DNA of 64,000 nucleotides from Candidatus Poribacteria bacterium (GTDB lineage Bacteria; Poribacteria; WGA-4E; WGA-3G): the NCBI GenBank assembly GCA_963668035.1, contig OY764073.1, positions 3,138,930 to 3,202,929 of the forward strand, in the 5' to 3' direction. Every line of letters starts with the position of its first letter. Within the stretch, counting starts at the first letter, position 1. Both the position numbers and the translations under genes were made by a program. Positions 49,648 to 60,435 of this stretch are shown in pieces. The notes under the pieces were generated by a model, which saw nothing but the letters and a program-made list of their open reading frames with translations, made no database searches and was not told the origin of the DNA.

Positions 49648-50589
49648 CTAATAACTTCGCAGGATAGTACCTTTCGCGCCGACAATCCAGCCTGCATTTT
49701 TTTGGAGGTGAATGTCCTGCAAATTATATTTTGCAGGGGTCGGATACCGACTCCACATTTTACCACCATCAGTTGTATGGAGGATTAAACCTTTTTCACC
49801 GACTGCCCATCCGCGCTTCTCGTCGCGGAATGCCACGTCTCGTAAGCTCTGATTCACAGGAGTCTTTTGGCGAACCCATGTCTGGCCGCCATCAGTCGTC
49901 CCAAGGATCAGCCCGTTTGTGCCGACGATCCACCCATCCTTTACATTCGCGAAGTGGACAGCAAAGAGGTGTTGCTCGGCGTTGCTTCTCTGATGCACCC
50001 AGCGTTGACCACCGTCTTTGGTATGGAGCACCTCACCTTCTTCGCCAACGATCCAACCGTGTTCTGTGTCAACGAAATGGACTCCCCATAAATGTTTATC
50101 AGAAAGGTTTCTGTGGTTTTCCCAACGACTCCCGCCATCTGTTGTGTGAAGAATAGTGCCCGATCCGCCGACTGCCCAACCTTCGGTCGTACTCACAAAA
50201 TACAGATCTAAGATACCGGGGGGTCTTTTCCCTTCGCCACGAACTTGATGTTGCAGGCTCCAAGAAGCACCGCCACTGCCTGTGTAATGCACCTTCCCGA
50301 TACTCACAAGCCAACCATTATTCGGTGTCGTAAAACTAACTTCTGTCAATGTCCCTTTCGACACAGCTGCTTTAGTCCAAGTCAGCCCACTATTGCTGGT
50401 AGATAGTATTGTGCCAGCAGTGCCGACTGCCCATCCACGTTCTGCACCCACAAAATGGACACCGTAGAGATGTTCACCGGTACCGCTTTCAAGCTGTCGC
50501 CACTCAAATTGCACTGAATCTCTGGAACAACCGAGGTAGACGAGGCTTCCAAGTATGATAATAAGCGCGAGCGCGTTTTTTTTCTGCAT
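49648..50589 (-). CDS. Ycf48/BNR-like beta-propeller lipoprotein.
   Basis: Lipobox YLGC and repeated GW(A/I)VG..G.IL.T.DGG..W motifs. Confidence 0.7.
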   Translation of the reverse strand: MQKKNALALIIILGSLVYLGCSRDSVQFEWRQLESGTGEHLYGVHFVGAERGWAVGTAGTILSTSNSGLTWTKAAVSKGTLTEVSFTTPNNGWLVSIGKVHYTGSGGASWSLQHQVRGEGKRPPGILDLYFVSTTEGWAVGGSGTILHTTDGGSRWENHRNLSDKHLWGVHFVDTEHGWIVGEEGEVLHTKDGGQRWVHQRSNAEQHLFAVHFANVKDGWIVGTNGLILGTTDGGQTWVRQKTPVNQSLRDVAFRDEKRGWAVGEKGLILHTTDGGKMWSRYPTPAKYNLQDIHLQKNAGWIVGAKGTILRSY

Positions 50590-50863
50590 TTTGATCCTCT
50601 CTGAATAAATTTTTGTTGCATCTATTTTTGAAGCGTGATAAACTATATTATACGGAATTCATTGTGGATTGTCAATTGTTTGTCAGCGAACTGCGTATCA
50701 TACGTATTAAATATAGCAAGTTTCGTGCCGATTGATAATACCGCGGTGGGACGGTTCTCTATAGGATAACCGTAAAGTCCTGCACAAAACGGGGCATATT
50801 TTACTGCAGCGTTGCACAAAATAGGGCAGGACTAACAAGCATTGATGCTGTAGGTTTTCGGTT

Positions 50864-51673
50864 ATGGAAGAATCCGCAATAAGAGATCGGACAACAAGGA
50901 AAAAATGCATGAAAACCTTAAACGATTTTGAATTCAAGCAAAGAAAATATATGCCGGTGTTTCCGAAAGCGAATGGAAAACCGACGATCTATATTGAAGG
51001 ATACCCTTGCGAGGACGATGAACCTATGTCCGCAACAGATTTTCACGGTGAACAAATTATGACTTTGGGTGATCAATTCTCACGGTACTTTGCGATCCAC
51101 CCACACATTTACATCGGTATTGACAACTTCCTCTATTACCGTGAAGGCGACATGAAAAAATTCGTTGCCCCCGATATTTATGTCGTGTTAGGGGCTGATA
51201 AATATCCACTGCGGCGTAGTTTTTATACATGGGCAGAGGGTGCAGTTCCTGCAGCGGTGTTTGAATTCCTATCAGATGCGACTGCGAATCGCGATCGCCA
51301 AGAAAAAGTGGAGATCTATCTAAGGGAGATAGGTGCCCAAGAATACTTTATTCATCAACCGGAGTGGGAGAAACCTGCGGAGTTCCGTGGATGGCGGCGG
51401 AATGCCGCCGGTGAGATCGTTGAGATAGTGCAGGATGCGGAGGGCGGTCTGTTCAGCGAAGCATTGAATCTATATTTCCGGTGGCAGGTGCAACTGGATA
51501 CACACACGCGGTTGTTACGGCCGTATTTGCCCGATGGCACACCGCTAACGACTTCGAGGGAAGAAGAACAGTTGAGGGTGGAAGCGGAAGAACGGGCAGC
51601 CGAGGAAGCCGCACGCCGGCGAGCGGCAGAAGCGGAATTAGAACGTCTCCGCGCGCAACTTGCTGAACGCTAA
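50864..51673 (+). CDS. Uma2-family (DUF820) putative endonuclease with a C-terminal Ala/Glu/Arg-rich tail.
   Basis: Fold motifs YPCEDDEPM, DIYVV and AVFEFLS. It may start at the internal ATG 50909. Confidence 0.65.
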   Translation: MEESAIRDRTTRKKCMKTLNDFEFKQRKYMPVFPKANGKPTIYIEGYPCEDDEPMSATDFHGEQIMTLGDQFSRYFAIHPHIYIGIDNFLYYREGDMKKFVAPDIYVVLGADKYPLRRSFYTWAEGAVPAAVFEFLSDATANRDRQEKVEIYLREIGAQEYFIHQPEWEKPAEFRGWRRNAAGEIVEIVQDAEGGLFSEALNLYFRWQVQLDTHTRLLRPYLPDGTPLTTSREEEQLRVEAEERAAEEAARRRAAEAELERLRAQLAER

Positions 51674-51691
51674 CACCAAAACTGGCACATT

Positions 51692-52597
51692 ATGTACATT
51701 ATCGGTATTGATGGCGGCGGGACGAAAACGGTCGGTATTCTAATGGCGGAAACGCGGCAACATCTTGCACAAGTGCAATCGGGTCCCTCAAATTACCACG
51801 TCGTTGGTGAAGCGAAAACGCAAACGGTTTTGAAAAGCGTTGTCGCAGAACTTTGTGAAAAAGCAGGAATCTCGTCAACAAGTGCTATCCACTTCTGTCT
51901 CGGCATGGCAGGCTTGGGACGCGCCGAAGATAAAAAAGTCATTGGCAGGATTTGTGATGAACTCGGCATCCGCGAAAATCGTATCCTGACGCACGATGCG
52001 CACATCGCACTCGTTGGTGGCACGGAGAAACAGCACGGTGTTATTGTCATTTCAGGGACCGGTGCTATCGTCTACGGCATCAATGCTGATGGTAAAGAGG
52101 CACGCGCAAGCGGATGGGGCTATCTGCTCGGCGATGAAGGCAGCGGTTACGACATCGCTATAAAAGGACTTAGAGCTGTCGCTCGTGCTGCTGATGGCAG
52201 AGGCAGACCAACTGAATTGACGCACCGAATGCTTAATGCGCTGCAACGCAACGCGCCAGACGAACTGATCCGCTGGGTGCATGCTGCGAGTAGAGATACC
52301 ATCGCGCAATTGGCTAAAATCGTATTTGATGCTGCCCGAACACCCGACGCGGCAGCCGAACAGATTGTTGATGCAGCTGCCGATGAACTCGTTTGTGCTG
52401 CAAGCAGTGTGATTGGACAGTTAGAATTCGGAGCGGCGTTTGATATTGTGCTCAGTGGTGGCAATTTTATCCATCAGCCGATGTTTGTTGATAAACTCAG
52501 CCAACAGTTCGAGCGGATTGCCCCAAATGCGTCCGTCCACCTACCGAAACGCGATCCAGTGTACGGTGCTGTATTGTTAGCGCAAAATAGTTTATAG
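51692..52597 (+). CDS. BadF/BadG/BcrA/BcrD-type ATPase (N-acetylglucosamine/N-acetylmuramic acid kinase, MurK-like).
   Basis: IIGIDGGGTKT and ISGTGA motifs. It is adjacent to murQ. Confidence 0.75.
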   Translation: MYIIGIDGGGTKTVGILMAETRQHLAQVQSGPSNYHVVGEAKTQTVLKSVVAELCEKAGISSTSAIHFCLGMAGLGRAEDKKVIGRICDELGIRENRILTHDAHIALVGGTEKQHGVIVISGTGAIVYGINADGKEARASGWGYLLGDEGSGYDIAIKGLRAVARAADGRGRPTELTHRMLNALQRNAPDELIRWVHAASRDTIAQLAKIVFDAARTPDAAAEQIVDAAADELVCAASSVIGQLEFGAAFDIVLSGGNFIHQPMFVDKLSQQFERIAPNASVHLPKRDPVYGAVLLAQNSL

Positions 52598-52672
52598 GGG
52601 CTGGGTAACCCAGAAGAAACCCCCAAGCAAAAACACCCCTACGAGGGTGCGAAACCGTTAGCCCGTAATGAA

Positions 52673-53629
52673 ATGGAGGGCGGATATACGGGAAGGCACG
52701 TCAATATCCAAACCTGCCTCACCGAACCGCAAGGTATAATTAAAAAAACGGAACAGCGAAACCTGAATTCTACCGACATTGACCTGAAATCAACAGCAGA
52801 GATCGTTCGGATTTTTCACGAGGAAGATCAAAAAGCGGTAGCAGCAGTAGCGGCAGAATCCGATGCAATTGCATACGCGATTGACCTGTGCGTCGCTGCG
52901 TTTCGCGAGGGCGGCAGATTATTCTATGTAGGTGCAGGAACGAGCGGTAGGCTTGGTGTGTTAGATGCCTCGGAATGTCCGCCAACCTTCAGTACGCCCC
53001 CTGAAATGGTGCAGGGAATTATTGCTGGGGGTGATGTCGCCTTGCGTCGCTCCGTGGAGGGTGAAGAAGATAAACCTGAACGCGGCGCGCACGCTATCCG
53101 AGAACGGCAACTGACACCGAAGGACGTGCTTGTCGGGATCGCAAGTAGTGGACAGACACCTTATGTTATAGGGGCTTTGAAGGCAGCACATGCTATCGGG
53201 GCAACAACGATGTTTCTCTGTTGTGTCCCACCGCCTGAGCAGCTAAAGGAGTGTGTAACGCATTTTATCACACCGATCGTCGGTCCCGAAATCATCACTG
53301 GTTCAACCCGATTGAAGGCAGGCACTGCCACAAAACTGGTGCTGAACATGCTCACGACCGTTTCTATGATAAAACTCGGTAAGGTCTATAACAATCTGAT
53401 GGTAGATGTGAATGCCTCTAACACGAAATTGGTCGCGCGGAGCGTTCGGATTGTTCAAGCCGTCACAGGTGTAGACACTGCAACCGCCGAAGCAGCTTTA
53501 GCACAAGCGGATGGACGAGCGAAACTCGCTATTGTGATGCTCACAAAAGGATTGAACCCGACAGATGCAGACGCGCTATTGGAAAAACATGCAGGATTTC
53601 TAAGGCAGATTCTTGAAACTGACAGCTGA
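52673..53629 (+). CDS. murQ: N-acetylmuramic acid 6-phosphate etherase.
   Basis: SIS-domain motifs GAGTSGRLGVLDASECPPTF and GSTRLKAGTATKLVLNMLTT. The exact start is uncertain. Confidence 0.85.
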   Translation: MEGGYTGRHVNIQTCLTEPQGIIKKTEQRNLNSTDIDLKSTAEIVRIFHEEDQKAVAAVAAESDAIAYAIDLCVAAFREGGRLFYVGAGTSGRLGVLDASECPPTFSTPPEMVQGIIAGGDVALRRSVEGEEDKPERGAHAIRERQLTPKDVLVGIASSGQTPYVIGALKAAHAIGATTMFLCCVPPPEQLKECVTHFITPIVGPEIITGSTRLKAGTATKLVLNMLTTVSMIKLGKVYNNLMVDVNASNTKLVARSVRIVQAVTGVDTATAEAALAQADGRAKLAIVMLTKGLNPTDADALLEKHAGFLRQILETDS

Positions 53630-53659
53630 ATAACCGATAACGATAAAAAAGGAGAACCC

Positions 53660-54610
53660 ATGGCTACAAAAGTTGGGCTTGCCAAAACCGGCAGGCGCCG
53701 GTCTAATGTCTTTGAGGCGTTGAACAATATACGTGAAGACCTCACCCCAAAAGTCCGTGAACAGGTGCTGTTGAAACCGAATTTTCTCTCCAGTACAAAT
53801 CAACTCGCTTCGTCGCATGTAGACACAATGCGTGGGGCGTTGGATTTTCTGTTCAGCACACCACAACCACCGAAAGAGGTAATTATTGCTGAAGGTGCGA
53901 ATGAGAAATTTTCGGGTGAGGCGTTCCAGATTTTCGGTTATGAAGCACTCCAAGCCGAATATGATGTGCCAATCCGGCTTGTTGATCTGCATCAAGAGAC
54001 CGAATGGGTAGAAACCAGAGTCTTTCTGGCGGGACGCGACGAAGATACTGTGCGGATGCCGAAAACAGTCCTCGATTGTCCTTGCACTATCTCCGTGGCT
54101 ATCGCTAAAACGCATGATGCCGGGGTTGTGACGCTCGCGATGAAGAATATGATTATGGGAACCCTGCATAAAGAGGATCGGATTAAAATGCACGGCTACC
54201 ATAGCCACGCAGACAGAGTCCTGCCACGCGAAGCACAGACCCTCAATATCAACTTGCTCCGGCTTTCGCGCCACCTTAAGCCCGACATCGCTATCGTTGA
54301 TGGCACCGTTGGGTTACAGGGGAACGGTCCTGGCGGCACCGATTCTGTCCCGCTTGGCATTGCCGTTGTCAGCGGGGATGTGTTCGCTGCAGACGCAGTC
54401 ACCACAAAAACGATGGGATTTGAACCGTTGGAGATCGGGCTCTTCCATTACGCAAACGAAATGGGATACGGCACTGCTGATCTGAATAATATTGACATCG
54501 TCGGCCCCGCCGTTGAGTCGGTTGCTACAGCGTTTAAGCCTCATGAGACGGCTGACCTTCAGTTTCAATGGCAAGAAGCGGATCCGGCGGAATATCTGGC
54601 GGCAGACTAA
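53660..54610 (+). CDS. DUF362 domain protein.
   Basis: N-terminal and core spacing (VLLKPNF...IAEG) recalled as DUF362-like. A fragment of the heptad repeat (ctgaataaccgataacgataaaaaagg) lies just upstream, at 53620-53650. Confidence 0.55.
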   Translation: MATKVGLAKTGRRRSNVFEALNNIREDLTPKVREQVLLKPNFLSSTNQLASSHVDTMRGALDFLFSTPQPPKEVIIAEGANEKFSGEAFQIFGYEALQAEYDVPIRLVDLHQETEWVETRVFLAGRDEDTVRMPKTVLDCPCTISVAIAKTHDAGVVTLAMKNMIMGTLHKEDRIKMHGYHSHADRVLPREAQTLNINLLRLSRHLKPDIAIVDGTVGLQGNGPGGTDSVPLGIAVVSGDVFAADAVTTKTMGFEPLEIGLFHYANEMGYGTADLNNIDIVGPAVESVATAFKPHETADLQFQWQEADPAEYLAAD

Positions 54611-54732
54611 CAACCTTTGATAAGCAGCACTTGAATGATGGCTCCCTTGCCTTAACCTTGAACGGCTTTTGGCACTGTTTACTCCAGATATTTAACCAAT
54701 TCATCTGAACGCACCGTAAGGTAAACTAAAAA

Positions 54733-55623
54733 ATGAAACGTTTCTGTAATATCCTGATCCTATTTTCACTCGTCTTTACAACGCCAGTGTGGGCATGGTG
54801 GGGCGGCGGGCACGATATCCTTACGCAAGCAGCTGTGCAAGCACTCCCAGAAGAGATGCCTGAATTTTTTCGATCCGCAGAGAAAATGATCGCCCACTGT
54901 GCCTACGACCCAGATATATCTAAGGAGCGCGGCACGCCGCACGCACGGCAGGCTGAATACGGCGAACACTACATCGATATAGAACTGTTCGGCGAACACC
55001 CGATCCCAGAAGGACGCGATGCACATCTTAAATTATGTGCTGAGTTAGGGCTCGAACCCCGAAAGGTCGGCACGCTGCCTTATGCACTCGCTGAATGGAC
55101 AGAACGGCTCACTGTCGCTTTCGCAGAATATCGCAAGTGGCCCGATAACCCGATGATCCAGCACAAATGTTTTCTCTATGCAGGCTTCTTGGCGCATTAC
55201 GCTCAGGATATGTGCCAGCCGTTGCACCTAACCATTCATTTTGACGGACTGGTTCAGAAAGATGGAACACGCCTGCATGCCGGTATCCATGAGAAAGTTG
55301 ATTCGGCAATTGAGCGCTTAGAACTGCCTCCAATGGACCTGTCGAGCAGACAACGGATTGAAGCTGTCGACGATTTGATGCCCGCGATCATCGAACAGAT
55401 CAAAGCAGGGTTCAGTCTTGTAGACAACGTTTATGCACTCGCCGAAGACTGGCAAAATTTGAAAGAACCGACACCTGCTTTGGTCGATTTTACAAATGAC
55501 AGAGCGCGTGAAGCTGTGCGCTGGACGGCTACGCTCTATTTAACCGCATGGCAGCTCTCTGAAACGCATAGACTACCCGGTTGGCTGGACCGTGCGCAAA
55601 ACGATAAAGACATATCACACTAA
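54733..55623 (+). CDS. Secreted S1/P1 nuclease-family (zinc-dependent) protein.
   Basis: Signal peptide, then WWGGGHDI at the mature N-terminus, with His/Asp ligand spacing typical of S1/P1 nucleases. Confidence 0.7.
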   Translation: MKRFCNILILFSLVFTTPVWAWWGGGHDILTQAAVQALPEEMPEFFRSAEKMIAHCAYDPDISKERGTPHARQAEYGEHYIDIELFGEHPIPEGRDAHLKLCAELGLEPRKVGTLPYALAEWTERLTVAFAEYRKWPDNPMIQHKCFLYAGFLAHYAQDMCQPLHLTIHFDGLVQKDGTRLHAGIHEKVDSAIERLELPPMDLSSRQRIEAVDDLMPAIIEQIKAGFSLVDNVYALAEDWQNLKEPTPALVDFTNDRAREAVRWTATLYLTAWQLSETHRLPGWLDRAQNDKDISH

Positions 55624-55638
55624 CAAGGAGAAATAACT

Positions 55639-57030
55639 TTGTTACAACAGTGGAAACCTGACCCAACATTTTATCCATCACCGAAGATGGCGATCCAAGC
55701 CCCGATTGAAGAAATCGCCTACGTCGCTGCACCCCGGGATGATGGAAACCCCGATACGATGTGCGTTGTCGATCTCAATAAGGACTCTGACACTTATAGT
55801 CAAATTATTAATAAACAGGAATTCGGGGTGCAGGACGAACTGCACCACTTCGGATGGAACGCTTGTAGTGCTGCACTTTGCCCCTACGCGCCACACCCTT
55901 ATGTCGAAAGACGTTACCTCGTTGTGCCAGCGTTGCGGAGTTCTAATATTTACATCCTTGATGTCAAACCGGATCCTAGGTCCCCACAACTCATCAAAAC
56001 TTTAGATGTCAATGAAGTCGAGTCGCGTTCTGGATATACCCGTCCGCATACGGTACATTGCGGTCCCGAAGGCATCTACGTCAGTGCATTGGCTTCAGCC
56101 GGTTCAGAAGATGGACCTGGCGGCATATTCCTCATGGACCACTACAATTTCAACATTCTCGGGCAGTGGGAAGTAGAACGCGGCCCGCAATCCCTCTCTT
56201 ACGATTTCTGGTGGCATTTGGGGTATGATATTGCCGTCACCAGCGAGTGGGGCTATCCGGCGATGATTGAAAACGGCGTGAGCCTTGAAGACTTAGGGGA
56301 ACGTAAGTTCGGACATAAGATTCATATCTGGGATATCCGACACCGGAAGAACATCCAGACACTGGACCTCGGTGACGACTATCAGATGATTTTGGAACTA
56401 CGTCCCGCGCATGATCCAACCAAAGCTTATGGTTTCGTTAATGCCGTACTGAATATGAACGATCTCTCCAGTTCCATCTGGACGTGGTATAAAGATGGAG
56501 ACGATTGGGGCATTCAAAAGATTATTGATATTCCGGCACAGGCACCTGAAAACCCAGATGATTTGCCGCCTGCTCTGAAGGATATCGGCATGATCCCGCC
56601 CCTTGTTACCGACCACATCCTCTCGTTGGATGACCGGTTCCTATATGTCTCCTGCTGGGGCACCGGAGAGATGTTGCAATACGACGTATCCGATCCGTTT
56701 AATCCGAAGCATACCGGCACCCTCGAGATAGGCGGGATTACCAAATCGCACCCGCACCCATCAGCCGGACCGGTAGGCGGTGGTCCCCAGATGGTCGAAT
56801 TAAGTCGTGACGGCAAACGTCTCTACTTCACGAATTCGCTCTACGTCGCTTGGGACAACCAATTCTACCCGAATCACGCCAACGGTTGGATGGTGAAAGC
56901 AGATGTGAACGTAGAGGATGGCGGCTTGGCATTAGACCCTGATTTCTTCGTAGATTTCGGCGAGAGTCGTGCCCATCAGATTCGGTTACAAGGCGGAGAC
57001 AGTTCTTCCGATTCTTATTGTTACCCATAG
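55639..57030 (+). CDS. Selenium-binding protein (SBP56 family / methanethiol oxidase-like).
   Basis: Long collinear match to the SBP56 core (AYVAAPRDD...CVVDLN...HHFGWNAC...YLVVPALRSS.IYILD). TTG start follows RBS AAGGAG. Confidence 0.85.
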   Translation: MLQQWKPDPTFYPSPKMAIQAPIEEIAYVAAPRDDGNPDTMCVVDLNKDSDTYSQIINKQEFGVQDELHHFGWNACSAALCPYAPHPYVERRYLVVPALRSSNIYILDVKPDPRSPQLIKTLDVNEVESRSGYTRPHTVHCGPEGIYVSALASAGSEDGPGGIFLMDHYNFNILGQWEVERGPQSLSYDFWWHLGYDIAVTSEWGYPAMIENGVSLEDLGERKFGHKIHIWDIRHRKNIQTLDLGDDYQMILELRPAHDPTKAYGFVNAVLNMNDLSSSIWTWYKDGDDWGIQKIIDIPAQAPENPDDLPPALKDIGMIPPLVTDHILSLDDRFLYVSCWGTGEMLQYDVSDPFNPKHTGTLEIGGITKSHPHPSAGPVGGGPQMVELSRDGKRLYFTNSLYVAWDNQFYPNHANGWMVKADVNVEDGGLALDPDFFVDFGESRAHQIRLQGGDSSSDSYCYP

Positions 57031-57150
57031 GAATTTCGTAGGGGCTGGACATGTAATACAAGGAATGGATTTAGTCTATCCGCAGACTAAATCCCCCAGC
57101 CCCTACGGTAAAAGATATTTGACGTTTCTATAGGCAGAAAGGTTTCCTTT

Positions 57151-57792
57151 ATGGATACTGTTTCATGGTTAGGCATGCTCGGTTTGGGCGCGTATCACGG
57201 TATTAATCCGGGGATGGGTTGGCTTTTCGCGGTCGCTTTAGGCATGCAAGAAAAACGGAGAAGTGCGGTGCTTGGTGCCCTTTTTCCGATGGCACTCGGA
57301 CACGCCATTTCCATCGCAGTCGTTGTTTTAGTGATAGCTTTGGCACAGCAACAGATACCGGAGAATGTGCTGCGCATCGCTTGTGCGGTTGTCTTGTTCG
57401 GGTTTGGCGTGTACAAACTTCTCAGTCCGCGACATCCGAAGTGGGTCGGGATGCGTGTCGGTTTCAAAGACTTAACGATCTGGTCTTTCCTGATGGCATC
57501 TGCACACGGGGCAGGTTTGATGTTGGCACCGTTGCTGTTACGGATGCCTGCTGCCGAAGCGTCTTCTGACATGCATCACGGTGCGATGCAGATGACAGAT
57601 AACGCTGTGATGTTATTATCTGCAGTGGGGGTGCATACGCTCAGTTTTTTCGTCGTGACGGGGGTTGTGGCGGTTATTGTTTACGAGGTGGTAGGACTTG
57701 CGTTGCTACGAAAGGCGTGGTTTAATATGGATCTGTTGTGGTCCATCGCTTTGATGATTGCTGGTATTGTTACGCTTTTCTGGAAGCATTAA
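57151..57792 (+). CDS. Hypothetical polytopic membrane protein (~6 TM) with conserved His pairs (LGHA..., SAHGAG).
   Basis: Hydrophobicity pattern only. A metal-transporter-like internal repeat is possible. Confidence 0.45.
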   Translation: MDTVSWLGMLGLGAYHGINPGMGWLFAVALGMQEKRRSAVLGALFPMALGHAISIAVVVLVIALAQQQIPENVLRIACAVVLFGFGVYKLLSPRHPKWVGMRVGFKDLTIWSFLMASAHGAGLMLAPLLLRMPAAEASSDMHHGAMQMTDNAVMLLSAVGVHTLSFFVVTGVVAVIVYEVVGLALLRKAWFNMDLLWSIALMIAGIVTLFWKH

Positions 57793-57813
57793 GAAGTTGT
57801 CTTGCATCTTTCG

Positions 57814-58380
57814 TCAAAGGACCTTCAACGCTGCTTCATATTTATCTCTAACAAGGTCTTGGACATCTGCTCGTAACTTCTGCCAGCTCCGCTCTAACTT
57901 TGCCTTGACCCATAGCCTACCTTCATCAATTCCCATGCCGTGATGGATGTATGCCAAGTATAAAAGCGACGGAGCTTGTTCAATATGGGACATAGCATCC
58001 GCATTGGCAAGACATTCACCCTCCGCGCTCCGATGTTCTATGACGACACTCGCTCGGTGTGTTGCGATGGCGTGTTTGACAGCATCCGTTTTTGCTTTCG
58101 GATAGCCGAAACGTTTAAGCAGTTTCTCCGCTTCAATCGGACTGTGGATATGATGCTCGGCATAAAGTGCTTCGTCCTTGATACTGGCGTAATCGTGGAG
58201 CAGTGCTGCAAGTTCCACAATTTCGGGATCAGCATTAAAACGTGAGGCAAGCCGCTTTGTGTTTTCAACAACTTTCAGAATGTGGTGAGTCCAAATGTCG
58301 TAACCGAAGATGTTGGTATCCGCGGCACAAGCTTGTTCAACAATTTTTTCAATATTGCTCCTGATAGTTTCGATCGACAC
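57814..58380 (-). CDS. HD-domain phosphohydrolase.
   Basis: H...HD motif context: HHILKVVENTKRLA...AALLHDYA. Confidence 0.75.
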   Translation of the reverse strand: MSIETIRSNIEKIVEQACAADTNIFGYDIWTHHILKVVENTKRLASRFNADPEIVELAALLHDYASIKDEALYAEHHIHSPIEAEKLLKRFGYPKAKTDAVKHAIATHRASVVIEHRSAEGECLANADAMSHIEQAPSLLYLAYIHHGMGIDEGRLWVKAKLERSWQKLRADVQDLVRDKYEAALKVL

Positions 58381-58440
58381 TTTTTCAAGACCCTCCTCAT
58401 AATTATTTTTTGCGACAACCTCCTCCGAGACCCCAAGGAA

Positions 58441-59025
58441 TCACGCAGATTCATCAGTAGTTACAAGTCCCAGCTGCTCCAGAAAGGAAAGGACATTTTT
58501 GATAGACTCTTTGTCTATTTTCCAGTTGTACTCTTCGGCAATCTGCTGAACTTGCGGGAGTGTAAGTGGCCCGTTTCCTTCCCAACTGACAATGTAATGG
58601 ACCTTTGCAGCAATAGAAAGTTTATTAGAATCACAAGCAAGCTTTTGATCATTGATAAATTTAAGTTTCTGACTCCATTCGTCAAAATCAGGTTTTCCCT
58701 GTGCAGCACTCCAGACCTCTTCAGCGACTTCGGGTATTATCGAATAGATATAAGTATGCTTGCGAATTTCACCCCAAGGCGTTTGCTCACCTGATGCAGT
58801 CGCAAAAGACTCTGTGGTCTCTTTAAGGACTCCATAATTGACTAAACCATCCAGATGAGCAGCAACAAAACTGCTGTAGGGACCATAGTAATGCGGGGTA
58901 AACCCTAAATCAACATCCATTAGCACCGACAAAAAATAGATTTTCTTTTGGAGGAGCGTTCTGCCCCGCAGTCCATTTTCACCTTCGTTTTTCACAACAA
59001 GTAGAAGGATATCAATAATGTGCAT
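58441..59025 (-). CDS. Hypothetical 194 aa protein, 12 nt downstream of the dGTPase-like gene.
   Basis: ORF with good coding appearance. No motifs were recognised. Confidence 0.5.
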   Translation of the reverse strand: MHIIDILLLVVKNEGENGLRGRTLLQKKIYFLSVLMDVDLGFTPHYYGPYSSFVAAHLDGLVNYGVLKETTESFATASGEQTPWGEIRKHTYIYSIIPEVAEEVWSAAQGKPDFDEWSQKLKFINDQKLACDSNKLSIAAKVHYIVSWEGNGPLTLPQVQQIAEEYNWKIDKESIKNVLSFLEQLGLVTTDESA

Positions 59026-59037
59026 GTCATCTCCCTA

Positions 59038-60435
59038 TTAAATACTACGCAAAATTTCTTGAATTTCACGTTTCTGCGTCTCTGATACCTGATATGGTGC
59101 ATAGACCTGAACTGCTTCCAAGGCGGAAACATCGGTGGAGGGTCTTACGAAAAACAACTCGTTTGCATAGTCAATCATACGCCTTAGTCCGTTTTGATCT
59201 TCGTCAAAAATCATGATTGCCTCTGGATTAAGTAAATTGGTCGGAATTCCGTAATTTTGGGTCCGAATCGGCGGTTTACTCACAACCACATAAGCAGCAT
59301 TAAGATCAAGATATTCTGCAATTTCTGCTTCACACCGCTGCTTCCGTTCCGTATCCGCTAACATCTCATCAAGTCGTGAGTGAAGCAGGACATCCCTCTC
59401 ATCTTTGAATCTGAGTTCGGAAATTATTTTGAAGAGTTTTCTGTTGTAAAGTCGACCAAAGATTTCTTTGGTTTCTGTTGGGAGGGTTCCTTCAAGATCG
59501 CTTTTCAAAATCCCTATTACCTTTTCATCATGATAATTGAGATAGTTCTGAATGAACCCTTTTTTCCTTTGTTCATAATCTTGCTCGGATTCTTCGTTAT
59601 TTTTTTCAGGATAGCGGTAAAGGTTTGTCATTTCGGGATTGTTTGCATCAATTGCAAGCGTAATTCCGCGCACAATCATTTCATTAGAAATGAGACTAAC
59701 ACGGTGCCAATATACTTGCTGGGTCATGTGATATCGCGCAAGTAAAAGTTGTTCAAGTGCGTAGATTGCTGTGCTTTTAATTGCAAGCGGTGTCACTGAG
59801 TTCTCAAGGATAAAACATGCTTCAATTAGTTTTTCCAGATCGTACAACCCATATTTAACACCAGCAAAGTAAGAGTCGCGCAAGAGATAATCCATTTTAT
59901 CTGCGTCTAATTCACTGGACACAATATCTCTTTTCCAATCCCATGCCTTCTTTTTACCTTCTATCATCTCTATCACGAAATCGCGTTCAGTATCACTCAG
60001 AATTTCGTTGATTTCCGGATCCATTCGAATAATATCAACAGTAATTTTCTCATGTATCTTTTCGCGAATTTGTTCCTTATTGGGTGTATTAGCGGCATAC
60101 TTTTCTAACAGATATTCAGAAACATGACTAAAGGGTCCATGTCCAACATCATGCAGCAACGCCGCAAGTCGAACCCGATCCACATCTTCATTGTATATTC
60201 TTCTTGGATGTAATTCTCGGAGCCTGGTGCAAATGCGCCCAGCAATATGCATCACACCAATTGAATGATCAAAGCGTGTATGGACAGCGCCCGGATACAC
60301 CAGAAACGTCATCGCCAACTGTCGGATCCGACGAAGCCGTTGGAACACTTTGGTGTCAATAAGTTTTTTTTCTATTTTAGAAAGTTTGATAAACCCGTGG
60401 ATAGGGTCTCTCATTTCATGCGGTCGTTCTGTCAT
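59038..60435 (-). CDS. dGTPase/SAMHD1-like HD-domain dNTP triphosphohydrolase.
   Basis: N-terminal DPIHGFIKL...IDTKVFQRLRRIRQL...VYPGAVHTRFDHSIGV, then LLHDVGHGPFSH. Confidence 0.8.
   Translation of the reverse strand: MTERPHEMRDPIHGFIKLSKIEKKLIDTKVFQRLRRIRQLAMTFLVYPGAVHTRFDHSIGVMHIAGRICTRLRELHPRRIYNEDVDRVRLAALLHDVGHGPFSHVSEYLLEKYAANTPNKEQIREKIHEKITVDIIRMDPEINEILSDTERDFVIEMIEGKKKAWDWKRDIVSSELDADKMDYLLRDSYFAGVKYGLYDLEKLIEACFILENSVTPLAIKSTAIYALEQLLLARYHMTQQVYWHRVSLISNEMIVRGITLAIDANNPEMTNLYRYPEKNNEESEQDYEQRKKGFIQNYLNYHDEKVIGILKSDLEGTLPTETKEIFGRLYNRKLFKIISELRFKDERDVLLHSRLDEMLADTERKQRCEAEIAEYLDLNAAYVVVSKPPIRTQNYGIPTNLLNPEAIMIFDEDQNGLRRMIDYANELFFVRPSTDVSALEAVQVYAPYQVSETQKREIQEILRSI

Noticed and set aside
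50600-50863. Direct repeats tgcacaaaa(c/t)(g/a)ggg and the inverted gtcctgc/gcaggac in the Ycf48-like/Uma2 intergenic region as a regulatory site
   Set aside because: The repeats are short and degenerate, and chance occurrence in a 260-nt AT-rich spacer cannot be excluded without genome-wide statistics.
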